From Azolla caroliniana (lineage: Eukaryota; Plantae; Polypodiophyta), in NCBI GenBank assembly GCA_043228905.1, contig JBHGNT010000004.1, positions 5,766,001 to 5,830,000 of the forward strand: a stretch of 64,000 nucleotides of DNA. The letters are read 5' to 3'. The translations under genes were made by a program, and so were the position numbers. Every line of letters starts with the position of its first letter. The stretch's first letter is position 1. This document shows positions 37,631-51,544 of this stretch, in pieces. The notes beneath the pieces are model-generated. The model saw only the letters and a list, made by a program, of their open reading frames with translations. It was not told where the DNA came from and did not search any database.

Positions 37631-40600
37631 AACCCTAGATCTGTGCAACCCATTAGTGGTTCCATTCCCTCTAAGCAAGTTAGTGATGTGTTCGTAGCCC
37701 AAGTAATAGTTAGTACTAAAAGTACCCCTCTAGTATATGTCCTAGCACTCCTAGATTCCGGAGCTAACTCTTGCTTTATGGATAAGAAATTTGCTCAAGC
37801 TCATAAGATATCCCTAAGAAAACTCCAGTGTCCAGCCTCTATAGTAGTCATTGATGGACATCCCATTGCTTCTGTAAATATCATAGAAGAGTCAGAGCCC
37901 ATTAATATTGTCCTAGATAACTTAGCATGTGTAGTATCATTTAATATTATTAGTATCCCAGAACATCCCATAGTTTTAGGATTACCGTGGTTCGAGTTAC
38001 ATAACCCAGACATAGATTGGAGAACAAGAGAAATCCGGTGTCGACAAACCCAAGGGTCAACTCGAGAAGATGGCAACCATTTCGCTACGTCAGTTGCGTA
38101 AAGAAGGGCACAAGGAGGAAATGTTCCTCTTTGCAATATCAGTAAACCCCTCCAGCACCACTAAAGAAGGATCCACCGTTCAACTTCCCGAGAAGTATCG
38201 TCATTACGCCGATGTGTTCGATAAAGTACAATCCAACACACTTCCTCATCATCGACCGTACGATTGCCCCATCGATTTACAACCGGGAAAAGAGCCGCCA
38301 TGGGGACCGATCTACAATTTGTCACCAACCGAGCTAGAAGTCCTTCAGGCCTATATAGAGGAGAATTTGGAAAATGGTTTCATCCGGCATTCGAAATATC
38401 TAGCCAGCGCGCCCATTTTCTTCGTCAAGAAAAAGGATGGATCGCTTCGTCTTGTTGTAGATTACCGTGGCCTAAATAAGGTTACAATCAGGAATAGGTA
38501 TGCTCTTCCCCTTATCTCAAGTCTTTTAGAACGAATCAATGGTGCCAGGTTCTTCACGAAGATCGACTTACGGGGAGCATATAACCTCGTACGGATCCGA
38601 CCAGGAGACGAATGGAAGACCGCGTTTCGCACCAGATATGGGCACTTCGAGTATACGGTCATGCCGTTCGGCCTCACTAATCCGTCGACAGTCTTCCAGC
38701 ACATGGCTAATGATATATTCCGAGATCTATTGGATGATTGTTTGATCATCTATTTGGATGATCTACTGGTTTATTCAAAGACCCAAGAAGAACATGATTC
38801 TCATGTACTATTAGTACTAAAACGACTTCGAGAACATGGTCTGTATGCAAAGCTGGAAAAATGTAGTTTCGGGTGCAACCAAGTGGAATTTCTCGGGTAC
38901 ATCATTTCGTCAGAGGGCATCTCCATGGACCCAGCTAAGGTCAAAACGGTGGTAGAATGACAGACTCCGCGTTCGGTGCGGGATGTGCAATGCTTCCTAG
39001 GCTTTGCCAATTTTTACCGGAAGTTCATACAAGATTACTCAAAGATCGTTCTACCTCTCACACAACGTACCAGGAAGGGACAACCGTTCATCTGGTCTGA
39101 AGAAATAGACATGGCTTTCGAGAGTCTTAAAAAGGCATTTACATCGGCTCCAATTCTAGCTCATGTCGATACGGAAAAACCATTCATTATCGAAGCTGAC
39201 GCATCAGATTTTGCATTGGGGAGCATTCTGTCACAACAGGGGTGATGATGAGAAGCTACATCCTGTGGCTTTTCACTCACGCAAGTTTGACGCCGCCGAA
39301 ATCAACTATGAAATTCATGATAAGGAGTTATTGGCAATAGTGGATTCTTTTATGCAATGGAGGCATTTTCTGGAGGGATCCTCTCATCCGGTCACTGTAT
39401 TTAGTGACCACAAGAACCTTGCGTACTTTCAGGATGCTCGTGTGTTGAATCGACGTCAAGCTCGGTGGGCCCACTTCCTCACGCGTTTCGACTTCAAAAT
39501 TACATATCGTCCGGGGAAGCACCAAGGGAAGGCAGATGCATTATCACGACGTTCGTATCTAGCACCCCGTCCCGGTGAGCCAGCTTTCGATAACCAAAAA
39601 CAAGTCATCTTGGGACCGGCACGACTACAAGCAGCACAGATATTTGACATGCGCATGGATTCCCGCGTTATCGATACCATACGCAAAGACTTGAAGACAG
39701 ATGCGTTCGCCCAAGCTATACTAGCACAAATTGATCCCTCTCGAGCGTCGTGTTCACAGTCGCAACCACCAGGTACGGACTATCGACAATTCAAATACCA
39801 TGATGGATTACTCTTCTTTAAAGAACTTTTGTATGTTCCTAATGGTTCTTGCCGCCTTCAAGTAGTACAAAACTGTCATGACACATATACAACTGGGCAT
39901 TTTGGTAGTACTAAAACATTACATTTAGTACAACGATCATTTTGGTGGCCCTGTATGCGACAATTTGTCGAGGATTTTGTTCGGACTTGTGATACATGCT
40001 GCAGAGCGAAAATGCGAAGGCATCATCCATATGGTTTATTAGAACCATTATCAATTCCAAGCAAGCCGTGGCAATCCATTGCTCTAGACTTCATCACAGA
40101 TCTTCCAGTCTCTAAGGGGTTCAATGCGATTCTAACGGTGGTCGATCGATATACGAAGATGGCTCATTTCTTGCCATGTACTAAGGAGATCTCCAGTGAA
40201 GACACTGTCGAAATTGTCATGCGTGAAGTATGTCGGCATCATGGACTTCCCGATAGTATCATCAGCGACCGTGGACCCCAGTTTGTGTCAAAATTCTAGA
40301 AGCACCTTTTTTACATGCTCAAGGTCACTTGTAACCTCTCCTCCGGCTACCACCCCCAAACCGATGGCCAAGCTGAACGAACCAATCAAACACTGGAGCA
40401 GTATCTGCGGTTCTTTCTCAGCTATCATCAGGATGACTGGGCAGATATTCTCCATTTTGCCGAATTTGCCTATAACAACTCTATCCACGCATCCACTAAA
40501 GTTACGCCATTTTATGCTTATACGGGATGTCACCCCTGGTGGTGTGTACTTGAAACCCCAGAGGTGTCCACAAATCCTTGCGCAGAAGATCGTTTGGAGA

Positions 40601-43176
40601 GGTTACGCAAGATACAAGCGGATGTATCTACTCACCTCCAACAAGCTCAACAAACAGACAAGGTTTATGCGGATCGTCATCGACTCCCATCTAGTTTTAA
40701 CATTGGAGATCGGGTATGGCTACTCCGACGACACATCAAGACTACTCGCCCATGCGAGAAGTTGGATTATCGGCGATTAGGTCCTTTCCATATTATAGGA
40801 AAGATTAATGATGTCGCTTTTCGTCTTGATCTACCTCCACAACTTCGGATACATCCGGTGTTTCATAGTTCTCTTCTCGAACCCTATCAAGAGAGCACCA
40901 TCCCAGGACGTATTACACAGCCTCCACCCCCGATCGAGCTTGAAGATGGACCTGAGTACGAGGTTGCCGCCATCCTTGATTCCAAGCTTGTTTGCAACAA
41001 GCTCTACTATCTAGTCGATTGGCTAGGATATAGTCCCAGCGAGCGTACTTGGGAACCGATAGAGAATGTCACCAATGCTCGTGCTCTTCTTGAAGACTTC
41101 CATCGTCAATATCTAGACAAACCGGGTCCTCAATCGAAAACGACTCGTTACACTCGTCGTTTTAAAGGGGGGGATAGTGTCATGATGTGGCAAGACTCGA
41201 ACCCATGACCTTATGCTACATGGGTCGAGCTCTTGACCATTAGACTATACATTGTAATACGTAAAATATTATTGTCATGTATGTTTTATTATAGAAAATT
41301 GATGTATATTCTAGATTTCTCTAGAACATTCTAGAAACTTCAGGAGTATTCCTTAGAACACGATAAAAGGAGGCACAAGGCATTATTTCGAACCAAATCG
41401 GGTCAACGCCAATCTTAAGCCTCCTAGCTACTGTACATTTTCTTCACATAATATATATCTTTTCTTATCATCACTCTCTCCCTCCCTCTCACTCACTCTT
41501 TCCTTCTCTCGAGAGTTCTTCACCTCTCTTAGTACTAATACTTCTTTTAGTTCTAATTCCTTCTCTATCTTAGTACTGTTCCTGACACGATGTGACCGAG
41601 TAGCGTCCCGCTCATTACTCCAAAAGCACACTTTACCAGATTCAGGCTCAGTCGGGAACCTCGACACTTTTCCAGACATATCCGGAGATGATCCAGGTGT
41701 TCTCCTTTCCAGCTATAGACTGCGAAATCATCCAGAAACACCTGCATAAAGGCTGAAATGTATTCCCCGACTATTTCCATAATGATCCGCTGGAACGATG
41801 CCGGTGCCGTCTTGAGTCCGAACATCATCACCACCGCGACGAACACTCCCCATTCAGTAATGAATGCCATTTTCTACTGATCTACAGGGTGCATCTGAAT
41901 CTGATTGTATCTGCTAAATCCATTGAGAAAACCGTACACCTCATGACCGGTTACCGCGTCTAAGACCCCATCCATAAATGGTAGCGGAAACCTGTCCGTC
42001 AGCATAGCCGCATTTAACTTCCGATAGTCGACACAGACTCGAATCTTTCCGTTTTTATTGGGTATAACCACGATCGGGCTTAGCCATGTCGCTTGTTTCA
42101 CCGGTTGGATAAAACCGTCGCTGAACAACTTATCGATTTGGTCTTTCACTTTCAACGCATAGTTCGGGTTCATCCGGTATCGTCGCTCGGCTACCGGCTT
42201 TGCATCCTTGCTGAGATGGATCTGATGCTGGTACAATTGGGGGTCTAATCCCTGCATGTCTTCGTATGACCACACAAATACATCTCGAAACTCTTTAAGG
42301 AGTTCCACCATTGCCAATTTTTCTATCGGTTGCATTTCTTTTGCGATGTAGACTAGTTTCGATGCTTCACCGGTCCCAAGGTTCACCTCCTCTAACTGGG
42401 ATGCCTTCACTCGTTGTGAGCCGCCATTTCCCATTCCAAGGATTCCTATGCCGGCCGTAATTCCCGGATTGCCTCCTGAACCGGCTTGTCCCAGACCTCT
42501 TCCGGGTGCACTATATACATGGCAACTGCCTCGACAACATCTACTTCAAATAGTGGTACTATCTTTGGATGTTCATCGAGGTACCGGTCCACCTCCTCCA
42601 CTAGTCCCTCTAGCATATTAATCCTTTCTGCATACAATGACATCAGCTCCTTACTTGTGCCCGTGTGAGGTTGTGCTGGCACTCATACATTTGTTTTGCC
42701 TCTTCGGAAGGTAATGACATTTTTCTACCAGTTTTGCTTTATGTGTGCCATCCGCAACCATGGTCTTTTCTAACAACGAAGGATATGCCCCTTGTGTGTT
42801 TAGTTGTAGGACCACTGCAGATATCCGGAATGCATGTCCTCCGATTGTAATTTCTAATTCCTAGATTAGTCTGGTTGGTCGGACGAACTTGTATCCGCCA
42901 TCCGTAACTAGAATGCGCATGGTTCCCATTCCCGGATACCAAAGGTATCACATAAGTGTTGACTAATCACGTTCATGCCAGACCCGCCATCCACAATTGT
43001 TCAGGGTACGTCTCTCCCTTTGACGATTGCCGTAATTGCTGGGCTGCTTGTGTTGACCACTATCGGTCCTTCCTCCGAATTGGAGAAAAATGTTGGTGCT
43101 GGCTCGACGTTTTGTGGTATTACCACCGGTTTCAGTACTTCTGTAAATTGGGGAACTAATTGCAATAACCATCCTA

Positions 43177-43849
43177 TGACATGAACTTAACGCTCGTTAT
43201 GCGCAACGCTCGGCCACAACCGAGCTTAGAATCATACACAGAAAACGGGAAAGAAAAGGTAAGACACACGACACAAAGGAGAGAAGAGTACACAAGAAGT
43301 TTAACGTGGAAAACCCTGAGAAGGAAAAACCACGGGAGTCCATAGACTCCAAACTATCACTATATCACAATGATTACAACAGTGAGCTCACGGAGGCAAC
43401 GACCTAGCGCTCACGACCTTCGCCACAGGCGGCGGTTAGAACAGAGGCAACGACCTCTTTCTCTCTCTCACTCTCTGTACACAGTTACGAGCTCTCTCTT
43501 CTTGCACCAACAAGAATGACAACGAAAAAAAAACACCATAAGTTTGCCCTAAGTCATATTTATACTAATATGACTTTCTGACTATTTACAAATATAGCCA
43601 CGATGGACTCTCAGAAAATATATTTACGAATATGTCTCTTCATCCGGTGAGCACTCTTCACCGGGTCTGCACCATCCGGCTCTCCGTGCCGGGTACTCCT
43701 CATCCGGTTCTCACCGGGCATGCACCATTCGGCTCTCTGTAGCCGAGTACTCCTCATCCGGTTTTGGCCTCGGCCTATCGGCCTCGGCCGAGTTTGCTCA
43801 TCAGCATTGTTCTTCTCCCTTCCCATTCGGAGGGACCTGTCTCCCAACA
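43177..43849 (-). mobile_element. Solo LTR (Tork-like family)
   Basis: TG...CA termini, TSD TCCTA on both sides, and homology to 58908-59735. Confidence 0.93.
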
Positions 43850-43979
43850 TCCTAGTGGTAGAATAATTTGACATTCTTGTAACGCTTGCCATGTCGGGTC
43901 CTCGTCCGTGGTCTCTATCGGTCCGTCATATCGGTCCCTTTGTTCCGTTCGATATCGGTCTTCCCTCCGGAACCTTCCT

Positions 43980-46900
43980 TGACGTGAAAAACGCGGAATA
44001 ATCTCCGGCAACAACCGAAGGGAAATCACTTGATACAATCGAACACAGAAGAAATAGGAATGGAGGTAAGTGCACGAACAGAAAAAAAAGAGAATGCACA
44101 GGATGTTAATGTGGAAAACCCTGAGAGGGAAAAACCACGGGCATCCACAGACTCCAAACTATCACTATATCAAGATTACAACAATGGGGCACAGAGGCAA
44201 CGACCTCTTGCTCCCTCTCTTCGCCTCGCGGCATTTACAGCAGATACACGATCACTGTGTGTCACACACTCTCTCTCTCTTACACACTGTACATGAGTTA
44301 CAACGACACTCTAAGTTTGCCCTAAGTCATATTTATACTAATATGACTTTTTGGCTATTTACAAATATAGCCCCAATGGACTCTTAGAAACATATTTACG
44401 AATATGTCCCTTCATCCGGTGAGCACTTCTCACCGGGCCTTCACCATCCGGCTCTTGTCGGGCACTCGTCATCCAGTTCTCACCGGGTCTTCCTTGCCGG
44501 GTACTCCACATCTGGTTCTCACCGGGTCTTCTGTTGCCGGGTGCTCGCCATCTGGTTCTCACCGGGTCTTCCTTGCCGGGTACTCCACATCCGGTTCTCA
44601 CCGAATCTTCTCACTTCCCATCCGGAGGGACTTGTTTCCTAACAAACTCCCCCCTCACTCCCGCATGGGATGTCTCACTAGTCTGATCCGTTTCCGACAT
44701 GCATCCAGCTTGTCGGTTATCAACACTTTGGTCAGCATATCTGACCCGTTCTTGGCCGTGTGGATCTTCATCAGCGCAAACTCTCAATCTTCTACTCGCT
44801 CCCGGATCAAGTGATACCTACGCTGGATATGCTTCGTCCTGGAATGGTACGCTGTGTTCTTAGCAAGGTGGATGGCACTTTGACTATCGCAATAGAGCCG
44901 GTATTCACCTTGCCGGATACCGAGCTCTCCGATGAATTCCTTCATCCATAATATTTCCTTGCCGGCTTCAACAGCCGCCATGTACTCCACCTTCGTGGTT
45001 GACAACGCAACCGTCTTCTGCAGCTTCGACTGCCATGAAACAGCTTCCCCTGCATATGTCATTACATACCCGGATGTAGACCGGCTGGTATCCACATCAA
45101 CCGACATGTCCGAATCGGTAAAACTGTCAAGTTGAGGTTTATTGGAGCTGAATCAGAGACACATATTTGAAGTGCCCTTCAAGTACCGAAGTATCCATTT
45201 GACCGCGTTCCAGTGCTCCTTGCCGGGATTGCTCATAAACTGGCTCACCACTCCGACTGCGTATCCAATATCCGGTCGAGTACACACCATTGCGTACATT
45301 AAGCTCCCGACGACAGAGGCATATGGAACCTTCATCATATCTGCCTTCTCTGCTTTCGTCTTTGGGCTTTGCTTACTGGATAATCTGCAGTTTGCCAGGA
45401 GTGTCGATCCAACCGGTTTCGCTTCTAACATGTTGAACCGCCGAAGCACCTTTGTCACGTATTTCTCCTGTGACAACCACAATTGCTTCTTTGACCGGTC
45501 CCGGATAATATGCATCCCCAACATCTATCTTGCCGGACCCAAGTCTTTCATTGAGAAGGTCCGGTCGAGAGCCTTCTTCAGCATCCGTATTTTGGCTTGG
45601 TCCCGTCTGACGATCAACATGTCGTCCACATACAGAAGGAGTATCAACAACTCCACCAATTCATACATATGGTTCTCATGTAGGGAATCCATCTCATCCT
45701 GCATGGAACTTAACCATTTGCGGTTGTGGGTGTCTTCCTTCGCTTCTTCGAAGCTTTCTGGTTCCCCCTTATCGGTCAGCAACACATGCTCTGCATCTGG
45801 AAATCTTCGGGGGGCCCTTCTCTCTCTGAGAGGATATCTCCGACTTTGACCTTCGGCAACCGGCTCCTCCATTTGCTCTTCATCCGAATCCGATTTGGGG
45901 TCTTGGCCGGTTCCGTTTTCACATATTCTTTCTTCTTCGGCCTGTCTTGTCTCCTTACCGTAACCGGCTGGTTCCTCGAGTGCTAACCGGTCTCTTGCCG
46001 GTTGGGTTTGCTCATCGTAGAATCGATCCTTACCGGTCGACTCGAAGTTCATTATCTTCTTCTCCGACTCCCAGTCGGCGAGCGTCTTGTCCTCCATGAA
46101 GATAATATCGCGACTCCGGAATACTTTCTGGCTGACCGGATCCCACACTCTGTAGCCGAACTCATCATCGCCGTAACCGAGGAATATGCATGGCCAGGTC
46201 TTCGGATCTAATTTTCCTCTCCGGTCCTTAGCTACATGCACATACGCAAGACACCCGAATACCTTTAGATGCCGGTAGGACACTTCCTTACCGGTCCAGA
46301 CTCTTTGTGGCGTGTCTCCGTCCAAGGGTACTGAGGGTGATCTGTTTATCACATATGTCGTCGTCGATAGTGCCTCAGCCCAAAACTTCTTGGGTAATTT
46401 TGCATGCGCCAACATACTCCGGACCCTCTCTATTATGGTCCGGTTCATCCTCTCGGCCAACCCATTTAGTTTCGGCGTCTTCGACACGGTAAATTCGAGC
46501 CGGATTCCTTTCGAGCGACAGTACTCGTCGAACTGCCCCCGGTATTCACCTCCGTTATCTGCTCGAACTGCCTTCAGCTTCCGACCGGTTTCTCTTTCCA
46601 CTCTCACGTGGAGCTCTTTGAAGACGAATAGCACCTGATCCTTCGTCTTCAATGGTGTGGCCCACAACTTCCGGCTGTGGTTATCTATGAACATCACGAA
46701 GTACTGCGATCCTGCATGTGACTTCGTGTCCACTTGACACACATCAGTATGCACCAACTCCAGTGGTGCATTACGTCTCATCGGTGGCCTCGATTGGAAG
46801 GAGGTCCGATTTTGTTTACCGGCCAGACAATTAGTGCACTTCTCCAAGTGCACGTTCTTCACTGGAATGAGGTTGTCGTCTGCAAGCCTCTTCATCCCCT

Positions 46901-49052
46901 TCTCACTCATGTGACACAGCCTCTTGTGCCATAGCTCACAGGTAGTGTCGGATGCCACGTTCACTTCCTCTGGACATAACCGGGCATTCATCAGGTACAA
47001 TGTGTTGACCTTCCGGGCCCGAGCCACAATCAGGCTCCCTTTCCTGAACTTCATAACACCGTTCCGGATGCTACCCGTGTAGCCTTCATCATCTAGCCGA
47101 CCGACTGATATCAGGTTCAGAAGAACCTCCGGAACGTGTCGAACATCCTTCAGTAGCAACTTGCATCCGGTTGGGGTTGTCAACCACACGTCTCCTATGT
47201 CAACAATTCGGCATGTACCTTCATTCCCCATCCGGACACAACCGTGATCACCGGCTGTGTAGGATGAGAAATATTTACGGTCTGGGGTAAGGTGGAACGA
47301 CGCTCCGGAATCAACAACCCACGTTATCTCATCGCTGGCAAGGTTCAACTCACTCTCCTCGGTGATGAGCATCAACTCTTCTTCACTTGCCGCAATTGCC
47401 ATCGTTCCCTTCCGGTCCGTTCCCCTCCGGTCTTTACCGTTCCGGTCTGGTGTCCACTTCGAATCGGTACCGTCGGTTTCCTTGTCTTTTCGGAAATGCC
47501 GACAGTTCTTCTGGAAGTGTCCCGGCTTACCGCAATAGAAGCAGGTAGGCCTCCCCCTTGACTTTGACCGTGTCCCCAACTTCTCCCGGTTCTGGGGACT
47601 ACGGTTCCTTTGTCTTCCGCGTTCTGATTTGGTAAGGATCGCTTTGGAGTCGGAGCTCGTATCCTTATCTTTCCGACGCGCCTCCTCATCTAGCAAGCTC
47701 GACTTCACTCTTGCTAGGGATAACCGTTTCCCTTCCGGCTTGGCGTTGCCCAAAGTGACAACCAACGTCTCCCAGCTATCTGGGAGGGAACCGAGCAGGA
47801 GTAGTGCTAGTACCTCATCGGCGAGAGGTACTTCCAATGATGTTGCCTGGTGGATCAGCCCCTGGAAGGCATTCATGTGCTCCGCCATGCTGGAGCCATC
47901 TTGGTACCGGAGTCTTACTAGCTTTTGAAATACCGAAACCTGATTAACAACATTTTTGTTTTGAAACATAATGCCGATCTTCTCCCAGAGCTCATGAGCC
48001 TTGCTCTCTTCATTGAAGTTGTTGTATAGACTCATGTCAATGAAGCACCGTATGTAAGCCGTTGTCTTCATGTGCATCACCTCCCATATCATGGCGTCGA
48101 TTTTGTCCAGTCTCTTGTCCCCGAACTGAACCGGCAACCAAAGATCTTTAACCACGAGCATGTCCCTCATCTTTGACTTCCACACTGAGTAATTGAAGCC
48201 GGCGAGCTTCAACATAACTCCCAACGATTCGTCCATTTTCTGTGTCGTTTCACTCTGATACCACTTTGACGTGAAAAACGCGGAATAATCTCCGGCAACA
48301 ACCGAAGGGAAATCACTTGATACAATTGAACACAGAAGAAATAAGAATGGAGGTAAGTGCACGAAAAGAAAAAAAAGAGAATGCACAAGATGTTAACGTG
48401 GAAAACCCTGAGAGGGAAAAACCACGGGAGTCCACATACTCCAAACTATCACTATATCAAGATTACAACAATGGGGCACAGAGGCAACGACCTCTTGCTC
48501 CCTCTCTTCGCCTCGCAGCAATTACAGTAGATACACGATCACTGTGTGTCGCTTTCTCTCTCTCTCTCTTACACACTGTACAGGAGTTACAACGACTCTC
48601 TAAGTTTTCCCTTAGTCATATTTATACTAATATGACTTTTCGGCTATTTACAAATATAGCCCCAATGGACTCTTAGAAACATATTTACGAATATGTCCCT
48701 TCATCCGGTGAGCACTTCTCACCGGGCCTTCACCATCCGGCTCTTGTCGGGCACTCGTCATCCAGTTCTCACCGGGTCTTCCTTGCCGAGTACTCCACAT
48801 CCGGTTCTCACCGGGTCTTCCGTTGCCGGGTGCTCGTCATCCGGTTCTCACCGGGTCTTCCTTGCCGGGTACTCCACATCCGGTTCTCACCGGGTCTTCC
48901 GTTGCCAGGTGCTCGTCATCCGGTTCTCACCGGGTCTTCCTTGCCGGGTACTCCACATCTGGTTCTCACCGGGTCTTCCGTTGCCGGGTACTCGTCATCC
49001 GGTTCTCACCGGGTCTTCTCACTTCCCATTCGGAGGTACTTGTTTCCTAACA
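43980..49052 (-). mobile_element. Tork/Tnt1-like Copia with open gag-PR-INT frame and an in-frame RT deletion
   Basis: LTRs at 43980-44644 and 48267-49052. TSD TTCCT. PBS TGGTATCAGAGT at 48252-48263 and PPT at ~44647-44657. The ORF from ATG 48236 to 45525 is open; MYELVEL is fused directly to LILLLYVDD. Confidence 0.97.
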
Positions 49053-50515
49053 TTCCTTCTTCTAGTTGTTGCTCGCTTCGGGGCTCCATGTGTCTTACCG
49101 GTGCCGCTTGCCAGTTGAGCAGGTTGTACTCGCACCAGTCCATTATATGGCACCGGGAGTGGCACAACATGTACTGTGTCCTCATCATGCATTCTAACGT
49201 CGAGTGATCGGGGTTGAGGCACGTTGTACATTGGACTACCTGTCAAAACCTTAAGTCCTCTTCCTTGGGTAGCGCTCGCTGTAGAGATCTCATCGCCATG
49301 TGATTGCTATTCTGGGCTCTATCCATTTCTAGTACCTGGTCGATGACTTCATCCATGGTGCTTGTCTGGAAGTCGAATACTGTCAACATTGTTTGTAGCA
49401 GTTTCCGGAGTGTGGCCAGAAAGACCACTTTTGCCTCGTCTTCCGGAGGTGCCCTTGTTAGTTTGTTGTGCAGTGTCTGAAAACAGATCACGAATTGCGA
49501 GACTGTCTCATTGAATTCCCGGTAGACCGTATAGAACTAGTCGACTAACTCTCTTTGTTCCACCTTTTGGTGGAACAATCGCAGGAATTTATCCTACAAA
49601 GCTTTGAATGTGGGAAGGCTCCCAGGAAGGTGCTTCTTGTGCCACTTTGCTGCTGGTCCCTCTAATGTCATCCCGAATTTTGCTATCTTTGATAGTTCGA
49701 CCTCTACTTCTGTCAGCCGGTGTGAGACATGGTTCGCTTCCCATATCTGTAGAAAAGCATATATGTGCACTTCTGCATCCAGTTCGTCCTGGTACTTTGG
49801 GTATGGGTATGGGTATGGCATGGTGTCGTCGGCGAAGGGTAGCACTGTCTCTGCGTTTTCCGACTTCGTATTTCGTGGGGGCGTTGGTACGCTGTTGTTC
49901 GTGTTCTCGGATTGCTAATCCGGTGGTGGTGTTGATACGCTCTCGACCATTTTCTCTGAATGCTGGTCTTGGTTTGTTTCGTGGTCCGGTGGTGTGGGTA
50001 ATGTTGTGTCTGTTTCCGGTGTCGGTGTGTGCTTCGAATCGTCATCTGCCGGATTGTCCGGGGTGTCGTGACTGCTTCGAACACTATGCTTGCTGTCTGA
50101 TTCTGACTCAAAGTTGGAGAAGGCTTCTGATTCTCCGGTTCTTGTGGGGAGAGTGTGCAGTATCGATTTCGCCTACCGTAAGTTGCTCAAGCTACTACCT
50201 TCGTTAGTATATTGTTGGTTCTGCAACTGGAGTGACTCCTCCATGACCCACCGAATCGTTTTGGGAAAAGACCGGTCCTGCCGGATCTCCTCGACTGCTA
50301 GCTGCGCAGGAATCGTGGTCTAGTCATCCATTCCCCGATGTTCACTGCACCAATACTGTCTTACTCTTGGGTTGGACTAGCCTCTTAAACTAGGTGTCCT
50401 TCCGGATCACTTCACCAAAGGGTGGTTACGGGGTAAGGATTCGGCTTCGATTTGTTCGTCACCGGCACTTCCGGATCGATTTTGAATAGACAATCACATA
50501 TAGTTGATTACACGC

Positions 50516-51544
50516 TGTCGTGAAGATTTTTGGCAATGGTGCGAAAATCACATAAGACGTATGAAATCAAGTGTCAATCATATAAAACAATAATAGTGAA
50601 TATACTAATTCTAACTAAGTTTAATATCTTTGTACAAAAGACGAAAAAGAGAAATTGTGAGATATCCCACATAGATAGGACGAATAAGGCTCTCACCATA
50701 TATAAGGTAGAGCAAAAGTTATTATCTTTGTGTTTATGTGTGGAGCATAGAGAGGTCAAGGTAACTTGAACTAAGAGTGGAGGTGGCCTAGCCACTCATA
50801 AAGGTTTTGGCCAACCAAAACGGAGTTGGACGGTAACCGACGATCGGTGATCCGGCGGAATCGGTGACCCGGCGGTATCCGCATCCAACGGGCCGACAAG
50901 GTGGCAGGGGAGTCGGTGATCCGGCATCCGGCGGCAGCATCCGACGACAACCGATGGAAACCGACGGCTACCGGCATCCGGCGACCAAAGTAATAAATAA
51001 ATAAATATATATGACATATATATATAAAAGGAGGGTAAGTAAGGATTCAAACCTTGCACCTCCTAGTTAAGAGTCAATAGGCTTACCACTAAGCCATGAC
51101 ATTTAGTTAAATTTATATTTGTACTTTTACATATAAATTCACATATAGGAGAGCTAAAATGAGTGACACGGTTATCATGCACCACATGTAATACATGAGC
51201 GCCAAATGGCAAACATGCATTTTATGCATGTCTTGTACCCTCTCATGAGAGCATCTATAAAAGAAGGGATGAAAAAGAAGAAGGGTTAGGCTCTTTTGGT
51301 TATGAAATTAAGAAGAAGAAAATTCGTTATCGAATTGATCGTGTAACTTGTTTCTTAAATCTAAAGATAAAAGTTCAACCAATCTCTCTCAATCTAAAGT
51401 CAAGCGTTTAATCTCAATTTCTCTCTTTCCCAATCTATCTTAAATACTTCCTCACTAAAGCTTGTACCGACTTCGAATCGTTCCGGTCCAGAACCCCGAC
51501 AGTTCTGCCTCACGATCCGTGCCTAGTGACGGATCTTCACGACA
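50516..51544 (+). mobile_element. Solo LTR with 12-bp terminal inverted repeats, 4-bp TSD ACGC and an internal tRNA-like module
   Basis: TGTCGTGAAGAT...ATCTTCACGACA. ACGC at 50512-50515 and 51545-51548. The empty site is seen in the sister LTR (GATTACACACGTAAGG, ~30511). TATAAAA at ~51257. Confidence 0.88.
51030..51100 (-). ncRNA. tRNA-like (Lys-CTT-like) degenerate module with Pol III A and B boxes inside an LTR
   Basis: Minus strand reads TGGCTTAGTGGTAAGC (D arm GCTT/AAGC), TGACTCTTAA, then AAGGTTTGAATCCTT (T arm). There is no acceptor stem, so it is not a functional tRNA. Confidence 0.65.

Larger units (their letters stand above)
35938..41587 (+). mobile_element. Near-intact Ty3/Gypsy chromovirus (Tcn1-like) nested in the Athila-like RT
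   Basis: LTRs at 35938-36373 and 41178-41587. TSD CGATG. PPT AAAGGGGGGGATAG. Gag 36447-37598 (one internal stop before the CLYCGGPGH knuckle), PR LLDSGA, RT YLDD, RH, INT, and chromodomain EYEVAAILDS...YLVDWLGY...TWEP. Confidence 0.97.

Noticed and set aside
36447-41208. Domesticated PEG10/RTL1-like gene
   Set aside because: It is flanked by LTRs and a TSD and carries stops and frameshifts, so it is a retrotransposon copy.
51030-51100. Possible functional tRNA-Lys gene
   Set aside because: There is no acceptor stem and the anticodon stem is irregular, so it is kept only as a tRNA-derived module.
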